From Candidatus Latescibacterota bacterium (GTDB lineage: Bacteria > Latescibacterota > UBA2968 > UBA8231), in contig OZ242318.1 in NCBI GenBank assembly GCA_965208105.1, forward strand, positions 4,448,001-4,512,000: a stretch of 64,000 nucleotides of DNA, given 5' to 3'. Position 1 is the stretch's first letter. Every line of letters begins with the position of its first letter. The translations under genes and the position numbers were made by a program. The notes under the pieces were generated by a model. That model had not been told where the DNA came from. It did no database searches and saw only the letters and a program-made list of their open reading frames with translations. Of the stretch, positions 39,243 to 47,683 are shown in pieces.

Positions 39243-40286
39243 GGGGTAGGGCCTTGACCCTTTTACAGAAACAGATTCCGCCCATTCCAACAACTGATCC
39301 ACAATTTTGCGGGTCAGGCCGACGGATGGTTCCACGTCAATGGTCAGAGTCGGAGCAGATCTTCTGGCTGCCCAGTCCAACGCTTCCGGCGTCATGTTGT
39401 CCTCAATCCAGGCGCAGGGTCTGTCTCCCACGAAAAGATCGATTGCCGGCACTTTTTCAGCGGGGTCGAAGGGTATTGGCGGAAACGGAATCGTCGGCCA
39501 CGCCGGTAGAGCAAAAAATGGTGCGAGCAGTCGGTTCGCGTCCTCACACCAGCCAGTCGCCCATACCATTTCGAAATGATCGTTCAACTCGGCCAACCAC
39601 CTTCCGTGCATCTCAGACAGGTAGACAGGATAGTCGTCCTCCGGAAAGAAGTGATGAGCATTGAATCCTTTGGGCGTGTCATCAAACCCGAAGGGATTGA
39701 GCACCCCGTCGACGTCGACTAGAAGCACAGGCCGGGTGGATGCGACTGAAAGCGGCAAACCAAAGATAGACAATGGGCGACGGAGCCGAACCTGACGGCC
39801 GTTGTCTCGAATACCGCCATCGCGTTTCCACCCCATCGCTTCGTAGAAGGCGATTCCCTGTTCGTAACCTTCGACTGTCCAGACTATTGCATCGTCATAG
39901 CCGTTCGCGACGAGATGACGAAAGGCGATCGAGGCCAACGCCTTGCCAATGCCGCGGCGCCAATAGGAGGGGTCGATGGCGATGGTATCGAGCTCCCCTA
40001 ATGTGGCGCCAACGGGGTCCCGGCTGGGACCGATGCCGACAAAACCGACAATCTTGCCCGCATGCTCCGCGACCCACCATCGGTGCGGGGCAGACTTCGC
40101 CAGATCTCCGCGCCAACACTCAATATGCTCTGGCGTGACGATGCGATCCGGCTGCTCGATGAGTTCGCCGAATCCTGCATTCCACGAATCGATGTATATG
40201 CGCGCGACGGCTTCGGCGTCAGTAGTGGAGGCCGATCGGATGATTGGAGAAGGTTTTGGTGGAAGTGCGTGTTTCAATTTTCTCAA
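39237..40286 (-). CDS. GNAT acetyltransferase fused to a HAD domain (Swiss-Army-knife RNA-repair-like HAD)
   Basis: N-half WRRGIG...FYEAMGW; C-half LVDVDGVLNP, WATGW, WIED, GLT. Confidence 0.72.
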   Translation of the reverse strand: MRKLKHALPPKPSPIIRSASTTDAEAVARIYIDSWNAGFGELIEQPDRIVTPEHIECWRGDLAKSAPHRWWVAEHAGKIVGFVGIGPSRDPVGATLGELDTIAIDPSYWRRGIGKALASIAFRHLVANGYDDAIVWTVEGYEQGIAFYEAMGWKRDGGIRDNGRQVRLRRPLSIFGLPLSVASTRPVLLVDVDGVLNPFGFDDTPKGFNAHHFFPEDDYPVYLSEMHGRWLAELNDHFEMVWATGWCEDANRLLAPFFALPAWPTIPFPPIPFDPAEKVPAIDLFVGDRPCAWIEDNMTPEALDWAARRSAPTLTIDVEPSVGLTRKIVDQLLEWAESVSVKGSRPYPT

Positions 40287-40295
40287 TCCTGTGTC

Positions 40296-40377
40296 ACATG
40301 ACTTCTAGCCGAATTGCGGAACCAAGGAGGAGGTTGCCGCGGGTCAGGGTGTCGGAGGGGCGGCGCAGCGATTAACA
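40296..40377 (-). repeat. Degenerate attC-like site
   Basis: + strand TGAC-N5-GCCGAATTGCGGAACC end block. Confidence 0.4.
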
Positions 40378-40398
40378 GTCTGTGGCGGGATCGGAGCT

Positions 40399-40848
40399 TT
40401 ACTTCCGAGCGTCCATTGACTCTACCAACAGATCAATCTTGTCGTCGTAGTTGGCAACAAGCTCAGGAAGCGCTCTAATTTCGGCCCAGAAGAAATCGAA
40501 TGGATGGATTACGGATCCGTCCTCGGCAAATTCTCCATGGCGCCAGGTTTCTTCCGTCGGCCCTTCTACAGACAGATGAAAGAACCATCGGTGCTGTAGC
40601 TCATTGCGCCCGCAATCCCGCATGTCTCTGCTATCCCGGGCAAGGAACTGCTCACATCTGAGCCCGGTTAAACCCGTCTCCTCTTTCGCTTCCCGCATCG
40701 CGGCATCCTGAGGATTCTCCCCTGGCTCAATCGTTCCCGCTGGAACCTGAATGCCAGCTTCCGGAGCCCCTGGTTGAGTAAAAAGGAGCAGGAGGCTCCC
40801 GTTGGTTATGTAGGCGTAAGCTCTGTGACGAATATTCATCGTTTTCAT
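40399..40848 (-). CDS. NUDIX hydrolase
   Basis: PAGTIEPGENPQDAAMREAKEETG. Confidence 0.88.
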   Translation of the reverse strand: MKTMNIRHRAYAYITNGSLLLLFTQPGAPEAGIQVPAGTIEPGENPQDAAMREAKEETGLTGLRCEQFLARDSRDMRDCGRNELQHRWFFHLSVEGPTEETWRHGEFAEDGSVIHPFDFFWAEIRALPELVANYDDKIDLLVESMDARK

Positions 40849-40890
40849 CGCGAAATGAGGATGATCTGATCGCCGTGTTCGTTCCCCATA

Positions 40891-40981
40891 TTTTAGCCTC
40901 CATGTGGATGGTGGACCTTCGCATCGGACTGCCGAATGCCAAGGCGCGTCAGCGCCGGAGCGCAACACCACGCTGTTATCG
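40891..40981 (-). repeat. attC-like site
   Basis: + strand GCCGAATGCCAAGGCGCGTCAGCGCC...CACCACGCTGTTATC, 12 bp after the upstream stop. Confidence 0.6.
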
Positions 40982-40992
40982 GTAGTGGAACC

Positions 40993-41550
40993 TCACATAC
41001 TCTCATCTCGCAGCATACCGAAAACCAGAAAATCATGCCACTCATTGTCAAACCTCAGACTGCCTCGCGTCGTCCCTTCATGCCGCATGCCAGCCTTGGC
41101 CAGAACGCGAGCTGATGCTGCGTTCTCCGCTGCGCAGCCGGAGTGAATGCGATGCAAACCCAACGATGTGAAGCCCCATTGGAGTACAGCGCGGAGCGCC
41201 TCAGTGGCGTAACCTTTGTTCCAGCGGTCGGGGAAATACCGATAGGCAACAAAACCGATGTCCATGCTATTCGGCGTTTCAACGCCAAATCCGCGTTCCA
41301 GCCCACAAATCCCAATGAATGCGTGATTCTCTCTCAACTCTACTGCCAAAGAATAATTCCGGCGTGGTGCTTCAGATTGTTGCCTGATCCAGGTGTCCAC
41401 GATCTCTCGAGCTTTGTCTACCTTCTTCAGCGGTTCCCACCGTTCATAGCGGCTCGTTTCGGGCAGACGGTAGAGCCGGAACAGGCTTTCCGAATCGTCC
41501 TGCCGAAATTCTCGAAGGAGCAGCCTTTCTGTGACAAGAGAAAAACACAT
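40993..41550 (-). CDS. GNAT acetyltransferase (RimJ/RimL type)
   Basis: TERLLLR, WNKGYATEA, N.AS.RVL.KAGMRHEG. Confidence 0.9.
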   Translation of the reverse strand: MCFSLVTERLLLREFRQDDSESLFRLYRLPETSRYERWEPLKKVDKAREIVDTWIRQQSEAPRRNYSLAVELRENHAFIGICGLERGFGVETPNSMDIGFVAYRYFPDRWNKGYATEALRAVLQWGFTSLGLHRIHSGCAAENAASARVLAKAGMRHEGTTRGSLRFDNEWHDFLVFGMLRDESM

Positions 41551-41590
41551 GGAAACCGGATCAATTTGCTTTGAGTAAATAACCCATTAC

Positions 41591-41677
41591 CAATACCATT
41601 TTCAGGTTGCCGTATCCGCGAGGCGGGTCGCCGAATGCCAGAGGGCGAATGCGCGGGGCGGCAACCGTGTTGTAGTG
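41591..41677 (-). repeat. attC-like site
   Basis: Perfect inner repeat GGTTGCCG (41605) / CGGCAACC (41659) followed by N5-GTAG. Confidence 0.6.
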
Positions 41678-41716
41678 CGAGGTGTGCATCGGATAATCCG
41701 AAGCTTGACCATGGGT

Positions 41717-42121
41717 TCAGGGTGAAAAGGTCACCTCGAGCTTTATCCCGTCAGGATCAAAGAAGAAGGTAGCGTAGTAGCCTGGTCTGTACTCGGGACA
41801 CTCTATAGGCGGATTCTCGATTATGACATCTTGTAGATTGAGAAGGACTTCTTTGTAGAAAGCGTCTACATGGGCGCGGCTGGGGACCGCGAATGCCAAG
41901 TGGTGCAGCCCCACTGAATTTCGGTCGTACTCCAACGTAGAAGCCGACTTACTCAGTAAGAAAATAAAGCCCTCTTTCGTAAATCTATAGCGCTCGGTAC
42001 GTCCATCCAGGGCCAAGTGGGGCTCGAGTTCGTGAAATCCAAGCCACAGCAATATATGCTCATAGAAGGTTTTTGAGCGATGGAGGTCTGTAACATTGAT
42101 TCTCAAGTGATGCAGCGGCAT
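41717..42121 (-). CDS. VOC/glyoxalase family protein
   Basis: LHHL.INV.D...GLHHLAF...YYATFFFDPDGIKLE. Confidence 0.88.
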   Translation of the reverse strand: MPLHHLRINVTDLHRSKTFYEHILLWLGFHELEPHLALDGRTERYRFTKEGFIFLLSKSASTLEYDRNSVGLHHLAFAVPSRAHVDAFYKEVLLNLQDVIIENPPIECPEYRPGYYATFFFDPDGIKLEVTFSP

Positions 42122-42174
42122 GATTGAAGCCCTGTTCCATTCAACACCTGGATTTCGCGTTTCACCAAGGCTTT

Positions 42175-42258
42175 CGGCAAATGTTCCGCCGTGCCCGAAC
42201 CGCGAAGCGGTTGAGTGAAGGAGCGACAGCTCTGAAGCCGGGCACGGGAGTGTCAGCA
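42175..42258 (-). repeat. attC-like site, branched subtype
   Basis: CCGTGCCCG/CGGGCACGG stem enclosing AACCGC-gaa-GCGGTT and GAGC-gaca-GCTC. Confidence 0.6.
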
Positions 42259-42271
42259 GAAGTCAAGTCCA

Positions 42272-43015
42272 TCAGGCCGCAGTCAGCAAAATGGGCCGAC
42301 CATCAGTAATAACGACGGTATGCTCAAAATGAGCCGAAAGGGATCCGTCCGAGGTTTTCATGGTCCAACCGTCGAGACCTTCAACGGCCCGGGCTGGATG
42401 CTCGGCAATCAAAGGCTCGATGGTGATCACAAGACCATTCCAAAGAGGCTTCGAATCGAGCGGATTGTAGGTGTTCGCAACGATGGGGTCTTCATGGATA
42501 ACCCGACCTATCCCGTGCCCCGTAAGCTCACTGACGACCCAGAATCCTTGTCGCTTCACCTCGTGCTCTACGGCATGGCCGATGCAATTGATCGGTTTGT
42601 TCGCACGAGCTACGCCCACTGCCTTTTCGAATGCCGCACGGGCACACTGGCAAAGTCTAGCGGCTTTCGCAGAGCACGGAGGAATCGGGATGGTGATTGC
42701 CGCATCTGCAATATAGCCGTTCAATTCAGCGGTGACATCCAGGCTTACAAGGTCACCTTGTTCCAGCACTCGATTACCCGGAATACCGTGAACAATCTCG
42801 TCGTTGACGCTGATAAGGTTGACACCAGGAAAACCATAGGTCTCCCGAGGTGCGGATGTTGCCCCGTACCGGGTGAGCGCCAACTCGCCAACACGGTCGA
42901 CTTCCGCTGTGGTTACTCCGGCGCGAACGGTACGCTCCATTGCCTTTAATGTGGCGGCAACCACCTGCCCTGCCTGCGCAAGGCCTTCGAAATCCTCAGG
43001 ACATTCTATCGACAA
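42272..43015 (-). CDS. map: Type I methionyl aminopeptidase (accessory copy)
   Basis: SVNDEIVHGIP, GHGIG..IHE.P, IEP, SAHFEHT; TTG start after AGGAG. Confidence 0.9.
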   Translation of the reverse strand: MSIECPEDFEGLAQAGQVVAATLKAMERTVRAGVTTAEVDRVGELALTRYGATSAPRETYGFPGVNLISVNDEIVHGIPGNRVLEQGDLVSLDVTAELNGYIADAAITIPIPPCSAKAARLCQCARAAFEKAVGVARANKPINCIGHAVEHEVKRQGFWVVSELTGHGIGRVIHEDPIVANTYNPLDSKPLWNGLVITIEPLIAEHPARAVEGLDGWTMKTSDGSLSAHFEHTVVITDGRPILLTAA

Positions 43016-43049
43016 CGAACTACTCCTTTCGAGGGTGATCACTCTCAAT

Positions 43050-43152
43050 TTTGATTTCTGCCAGGCTATTACCGAATGTCGAACCTGGTGCCGGCCAGGT
43101 TGACGACAGGTCATGGCGCGAATGCGCCTGAGGGGCAACCGTGTCGTCAGGC
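43050..43152 (-). repeat. attC-like site, distal arm eroded
   Basis: Coding strand GCCTGAC-GACAC-GGTTGCC...GGCGCATTCGCGCC hairpin. Confidence 0.5.
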
Positions 43153-43226
43153 CGATGGTAATCGAATTCATTGGCCTTCCCCTGTACATTTCGGCAAGTC
43201 CCCCTTGGCCGTGACCGAATTGACAG

Positions 43227-43970
43227 TTACTTTACCCCTCCGTATATGGCGTCGCCACCGAGTCGATAGAAGCAATCGACGATAGCGAAGCCTGCCTTCT
43301 TGAGGTGGCGGAAGTGCCAGTCCAGCGGTAACCCGGCCTCCTCTCCCTTCCAGGGACCTTGAATCTGAGATCTCCTGTCCCGTACCTCTTGACTCCGGTT
43401 CTCCAGAAACTCCTCCCAAAATGACTGCCAAGGAGTCATTCCCTGCCTGGACGGATCCCCGACTGATCGAGAACGGATCCAAACCGACTGAATCTGCGGG
43501 TCCTCACAGCCCGCGTGGTCTGCGTTGAGAAAGATTCCCCCTTTCTTCAGGAGTTGATAAAACTGCCTGTACAACCTATCCAGCTGAGAGCTGGTGAACC
43601 AATGCAATGCCGTCGCAGATAGTATGGCGTCTACCTTGGCAGGACAATGCGAGGTCCAATCGTCATTACGGAGGTCTGTCTCTATCAGCTCGACGCGATT
43701 CCTGAATCGTTGCAGGCGGGTACGCGCTATATCAAGCAAGGTAAAGTCGAAGTCCAAGCCGAAAGTGTGGACTGATGGGAAGGCGGCAAGAACCTCCGCC
43801 ATGACGCTGCCGGTTCCGCAGCCAACATCGAGTATCAGTTCCGGTACCTCGTGCTTGGCTCGAATGAGCGCCACCAGAGTACGTAACCGCTCCGGCCGGT
43901 CAGGGTTATAGATCTCCTGCATGGAGTCCCATCGAGAGACCCAGTAGTCGGTATCAGTATTGCTCGCCAT
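43227..43970 (-). CDS. Class I SAM-dependent methyltransferase
   Basis: ILDVGCGTG, SATALHW, GGIFLNADH. Confidence 0.88.
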   Translation of the reverse strand: MASNTDTDYWVSRWDSMQEIYNPDRPERLRTLVALIRAKHEVPELILDVGCGTGSVMAEVLAAFPSVHTFGLDFDFTLLDIARTRLQRFRNRVELIETDLRNDDWTSHCPAKVDAILSATALHWFTSSQLDRLYRQFYQLLKKGGIFLNADHAGCEDPQIQSVWIRSRSVGDPSRQGMTPWQSFWEEFLENRSQEVRDRRSQIQGPWKGEEAGLPLDWHFRHLKKAGFAIVDCFYRLGGDAIYGGVK

Positions 43971-43987
43971 TGTTGCCTGAAGCTGGT

Positions 43988-44172
43988 GGCTAACAGTGAA
44001 GCCGGCTGACAATTCGTCTAACTGTCTTTAAACGAACACCAGATTTTTACAAATACCGCAAAACTTTAATTATCTGACGCGAAAGTAGGTAGTTGGGCAA
44101 ACAGTCGCAATTAATACCTGAAACCATAGGCCAAGACGCGTCAGCGTCGCAGCGGCGAGCTTGCTGTTACAA
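43988..44172 (-). repeat. Long (185 bp) attC-like element with AT-rich core
   Basis: Coding strand TTGTAACAG...CTGTTAGCC termini; family hairpin GACGC-tgac-GCGTC; homologous to 46073-46252. Confidence 0.62.
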
Positions 44173-44194
44173 TAAGTGAAACAGGAAACAGCGG

Positions 44195-44926
44195 CTAATT
44201 CGGCTTGCGGGCGAGTACTCCCAGGTGGCCCGTGGAGAAGCGCTGCTTCCCGTATCCAGCCAAGTACCTGACGCGAAAACCTAACTCCCGCAACATGCAA
44301 CACAGCTCTGAACTTCGGTGCAGGATCAGCTCATGTCTCTCGTGCGATCGTCGATACGACTCACCGATCTTGCGGAATGAAGTAATCTCACGAGTTATTC
44401 TGCAGCCGTTGCCATGTGGCCGGGTTTCGACGAGAACCGCCCAATCGCTGCCGGCGTACCATGAACGAGTAAGGTCTTGACCGTTGCGGGGGCCCTGCCG
44501 CAGGACATCGAAGATGAAAACACCACCTGGTCTCAACGCATTGTAAACCTGGGAAAATAATGATCCAATGGCACGGTTGGCGTTGCGTTGATCGAGTCGA
44601 TAGCTGAGACATTCGCCGATTGCAGTTACGGCGTTACAGCTTGGCAAATCGACCTCCAACATGGAGGCTTGTCTGAATTGAGCTTCCGGGGCCTTCCGGC
44701 ATGCGATGCGAAGCATTGAAGCGGAGATATCTATGCCAAGTACCTTGTAGCCAGCGCGGGTGAGGGCAGAAGCCCAGATCCCGCTTCCACAGCCGAGATC
44801 AACAACCATTCCGTTGGGGATCCCGCAATTACCGAGAAGGTCCAGCAATCCCGGCGCAGACCTCTCGGCAAACCGTCCGAATCCTTCGTCGTGTATATAC
44901 GCCAGATCTTCTTCGTACGCTTTCAT
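44195..44926 (-). CDS. Class I SAM-dependent methyltransferase
   Basis: YEEDLAYIHD.GF, VDLGCGSG, LRPGGVFIFD. Confidence 0.9.
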   Translation of the reverse strand: MKAYEEDLAYIHDEGFGRFAERSAPGLLDLLGNCGIPNGMVVDLGCGSGIWASALTRAGYKVLGIDISASMLRIACRKAPEAQFRQASMLEVDLPSCNAVTAIGECLSYRLDQRNANRAIGSLFSQVYNALRPGGVFIFDVLRQGPRNGQDLTRSWYAGSDWAVLVETRPHGNGCRITREITSFRKIGESYRRSHERHELILHRSSELCCMLRELGFRVRYLAGYGKQRFSTGHLGVLARKPN

Positions 44927-44970
44927 GATCGGCTGCCAACCAAATGCCAGGCCTTCCTTCACTCCATTTC

Positions 44971-45058
44971 TTGTAGTGATTCGCCGGTTTGCGAACCTCC
45001 GAACCGGCTTGCGGCGGGGGAAGGCTCGATCAGCGCCGCAAGGCAATCTGTGCTATTT
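44971..45058 (-). repeat. Degenerate attC-like site
   Basis: + strand TCGCCGGTTTGCGAACC ... AAGGCTCGATCAGCGCCGCAAGGCAATC. Confidence 0.6.
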
Positions 45059-45074
45059 GTCGAAGTATCGGAAT

Positions 45075-45433
45075 TCATTCGGTAGGGAAGTCCAGCTCGT
45101 CCTCTGGTATGCCCTGCATTTTGCCGTGTTCAATGGCCTCCGACCAGGACAGTCTGTCAGAATGAGACGCCTCGAAAACACGGTCGTTGTACACAATGAT
45201 CAATTTATCCTCGTTCCAAAATGGGCATACCATCCCTCTACGACGTACGGCTGAAATTCCTCTATCGCCTCGCGTCCGCATTTTATCCAATAGATGTGCC
45301 AGCGCCCTTTGTTGCCTTCATAGTCGATCGCCTTGTCGTCGTCAGAAATCGAAGCACCAACGACTCTGTAATTGTTGATTATTGAAGGGTCCGAAAGCCC
45401 CTCTGAAATCACGCATCCTTTCCAACAGCCCAT
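45075..45433 (-). pseudogene. Hypothetical protein split by a 1-nt frameshift
   Basis: ORF1 ends GWYAHF and ORF2 continues WNEDKLII...GIPEDELDFPTE; the join needs one extra T in the T4 run near 45218-45221. Confidence 0.65.
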
Positions 45434-45445
45434 TGCGTATTCCCT

Positions 45446-46069
45446 TTATGAAATTATTTCAAAAACCAGCCGCAGACCGAGGAAGGACAACACTGTGCCC
45501 GTTGCGCGATCCACCCAGCACTTGCAGCGATCATAGAGAGCCTTTACGCGTTGTGTCGAGGCGAAGAGGGCAAGTCCGGAATGGAAAATCAGGGAATTGA
45601 AGAAAACCGAACCAATTGATGCCATCACCGCCCAACTTGGAAGATTTGGCGGAAAGATTGCCGTGAATATACCCCCAAAAAATATTGCTGCTTTCGGGTT
45701 GGTCATATTGGTTGCGATCCCCAGGCGATAGGCTTGCCAGGAGGTGCGAGGTTCCGCTTGTAGGTCGGAGGAAAACGCCTGATCGGCACGGCGCCACATT
45801 GCGATCCCAAGGTAAAGCAAGTAGACTCCCCCAAGCAGTCGAAGCGTCCAATATAGCCAAGCCAATTTGTCAACCAGGAAGTTCAGGCCGCCCATGGCGG
45901 TGCTGGACCATAAAAGAGCTCCTGTCGCGATCCCCAGGGCCGTCATGATGCCCGCCGGACGAGTCCGGCTTACCGCGGTTTGGGTGACGAGCAGCACATT
46001 GGGACCGGGACTGATCAAGGCGAGGAGATGGACCGCCACAAGACTACCATACAGCGCTGCGTAATCCAT
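45446..46069 (-). CDS. LysE/RhtB family exporter
   Basis: SPGPN, GGVYLLYLG, NMTNPKAAIFF. Confidence 0.9.
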   Translation of the reverse strand: MDYAALYGSLVAVHLLALISPGPNVLLVTQTAVSRTRPAGIMTALGIATGALLWSSTAMGGLNFLVDKLAWLYWTLRLLGGVYLLYLGIAMWRRADQAFSSDLQAEPRTSWQAYRLGIATNMTNPKAAIFFGGIFTAIFPPNLPSWAVMASIGSVFFNSLIFHSGLALFASTQRVKALYDRCKCWVDRATGTVLSFLGLRLVFEIIS

Positions 46070-46072
46070 GCC

Positions 46073-46252
46073 CTCTACATTTAGTTTCGGCTGACATCAG
46101 CCGGTAACCGCATTTACCCGATAAATTGGTTCCCATTTATCGCGCTGACCGTTGCTTATCTGACACGAAGGTACCTATGAGGGGGAACAGTCGCAACAAA
46201 TATCCGGAACGGTGGGAAATTTGCGTAACCTGTTGCGGCACTTGATATAGAA
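46073..46252 (-). repeat. Diverged second copy of the long element at the array head
   Basis: Shares CGGCTGACA, TTATCTGACRCGAARGTA and AACAGTCGCAA blocks with 43988-44172 at near-equal spacing. Confidence 0.62.
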
Positions 46253-46351
46253 TGACTCTCCAGTTTTCATCCCGGGTGGCGCCATCTTTCCGATTTGGGG
46301 GCATTCCTGGCAGTGCCGACCGGTGTTGTCGGCGAGGGGGTCCGGGTGCGT

Positions 46352-47683
46352 TTAATCTCGTGCCTGCTCCAGGCGTTCCCGCAGTCTCGCGAGCTCCGTT
46401 TTGACCAGGAGGTTTGTTCCCGTGGCGATCCGCTGGGGCCAGAAGTTGGTGCACAGAGGAGCGATATCCACCTCGTAGCCGCCGGCCTTGATCAGCTCAT
46501 CGGTTGGCAGGTAGGTGTGGACGTGCTGGCAGTACCCCCAGCAGGCCATCTCGTACCCTGACAATACCTCTTCCACCTGGGGCCTCCATTCGGCCACTGC
46601 CTCGCTGGCGATGTAGGCGATCAGGTATTCAGGGGCCAGCTGAATCAATCCCACCGGCCAGGGTTGCACCTCGTCGCAGGGCGGGCCGCGGCGCAAGCGT
46701 TGGGTCCAGTAGGCGCCTGCGCCGCCCCAGGTGGGGCCCAACTCCCTGATGGCTTCCGGCGTCAGGCGGGGACCGGGTCTGACGAGCGCGTGAGTCATGA
46801 ACGCCGACAGCTCCGGCTCGATCTCGGCGCCGGGACGACTGAGGATTCGGCTCAATTCCCCAGCCAACTGCTCACCGGCCCGGTGGAGAGTTTCCCGAGA
46901 ACCGGTCACAAAGACCTCTTTATCCAGATCGGCGAGGATTCTGGGCCGCACGCTGCCGCCCAGGCCCTGGAAAAACTGGAGATGGGTTTTCTCCCCCAGC
47001 CGTCCTCGCGACGCCGTCCGCGCCGCCCCTGGAAAGTCTGCGGAGATGGACTGCCATTCCGCCCGGTACAATACCACCGGATGGCAGGCGTAGCTGTAGA
47101 GAATGGCCCGGCAAGCGGAGGCCTTCAGCTCCAGCACCCAAAGATTGGGATCGTAGTACCCATCCCGGTTGGGTCGGTGTTCGGTAATTCCCCCTTCGTT
47201 CCCGCGCCGGCGATTGATCGCCAGTTCGCTCCGGCCGTTGCGCCAGTAAACCTGTACCGGAGAAAGGCGCTCCAGCGCACGGCGGGCAAGCGCGCACAGG
47301 GTGTTCCCTAGCATAGCCTCGTAGTGCAGGAGCTGCGCGGGTTTTTCGCCCTCGTACGGATATATGTCAAGCAGACACATGCCGCTGCTGTGGGTATGGG
47401 AGAAATTCAGCACCACCGCCTCCGGCAGGGTTCCGGCGATGGCGGCCAGCCGGTGCCGGAGGGGATCGGCGACGGAGGGGGTGCTGCCGACGACATCGAG
47501 GGAAACGAGTACCAGCCGGCGCCTGCGGTGGTCCTGCAGGACGACAATCTGCGCCATGAGTGGATCGGCCACCTGTTGCGCCGGATCGAAGACCGGACCC
47601 CGTCCACCCATGGGAAAGCCCAGGGGTGGAGTGATGTCCGTCTCAGCCCAGCCAGCCAGTGCCTGTGCTCGAGATGCCTTCAT
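46352..47683 (-). CDS. Neutral/alkaline ceramidase-like hydrolase
   Basis: AG.A..DITP, DPL, SHTHS, YACHP, SADFPG, YLP...GGYE. Confidence 0.78.
   Translation of the reverse strand: MKASRAQALAGWAETDITPPLGFPMGGRGPVFDPAQQVADPLMAQIVVLQDHRRRRLVLVSLDVVGSTPSVADPLRHRLAAIAGTLPEAVVLNFSHTHSSGMCLLDIYPYEGEKPAQLLHYEAMLGNTLCALARRALERLSPVQVYWRNGRSELAINRRRGNEGGITEHRPNRDGYYDPNLWVLELKASACRAILYSYACHPVVLYRAEWQSISADFPGAARTASRGRLGEKTHLQFFQGLGGSVRPRILADLDKEVFVTGSRETLHRAGEQLAGELSRILSRPGAEIEPELSAFMTHALVRPGPRLTPEAIRELGPTWGGAGAYWTQRLRRGPPCDEVQPWPVGLIQLAPEYLIAYIASEAVAEWRPQVEEVLSGYEMACWGYCQHVHTYLPTDELIKAGGYEVDIAPLCTNFWPQRIATGTNLLVKTELARLRERLEQARD

Larger units (their letters stand above)
16431..46252 (-). mobile_element. 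Integron-like gene cassette array without integrase in window (CALIN-like), about 38 ORFs
   Basis: All genes are co-oriented, short and unrelated; related attC-like palindromes lie at many junctions; lower GC than flanks by eye. Confidence 0.72.

Noticed and set aside
16431-46069. Prophage or biosynthetic gene cluster
   Set aside because: No phage structural or replication genes and no scaffold synthase; tailoring-type enzymes are redundant and separated by repeat spacers.
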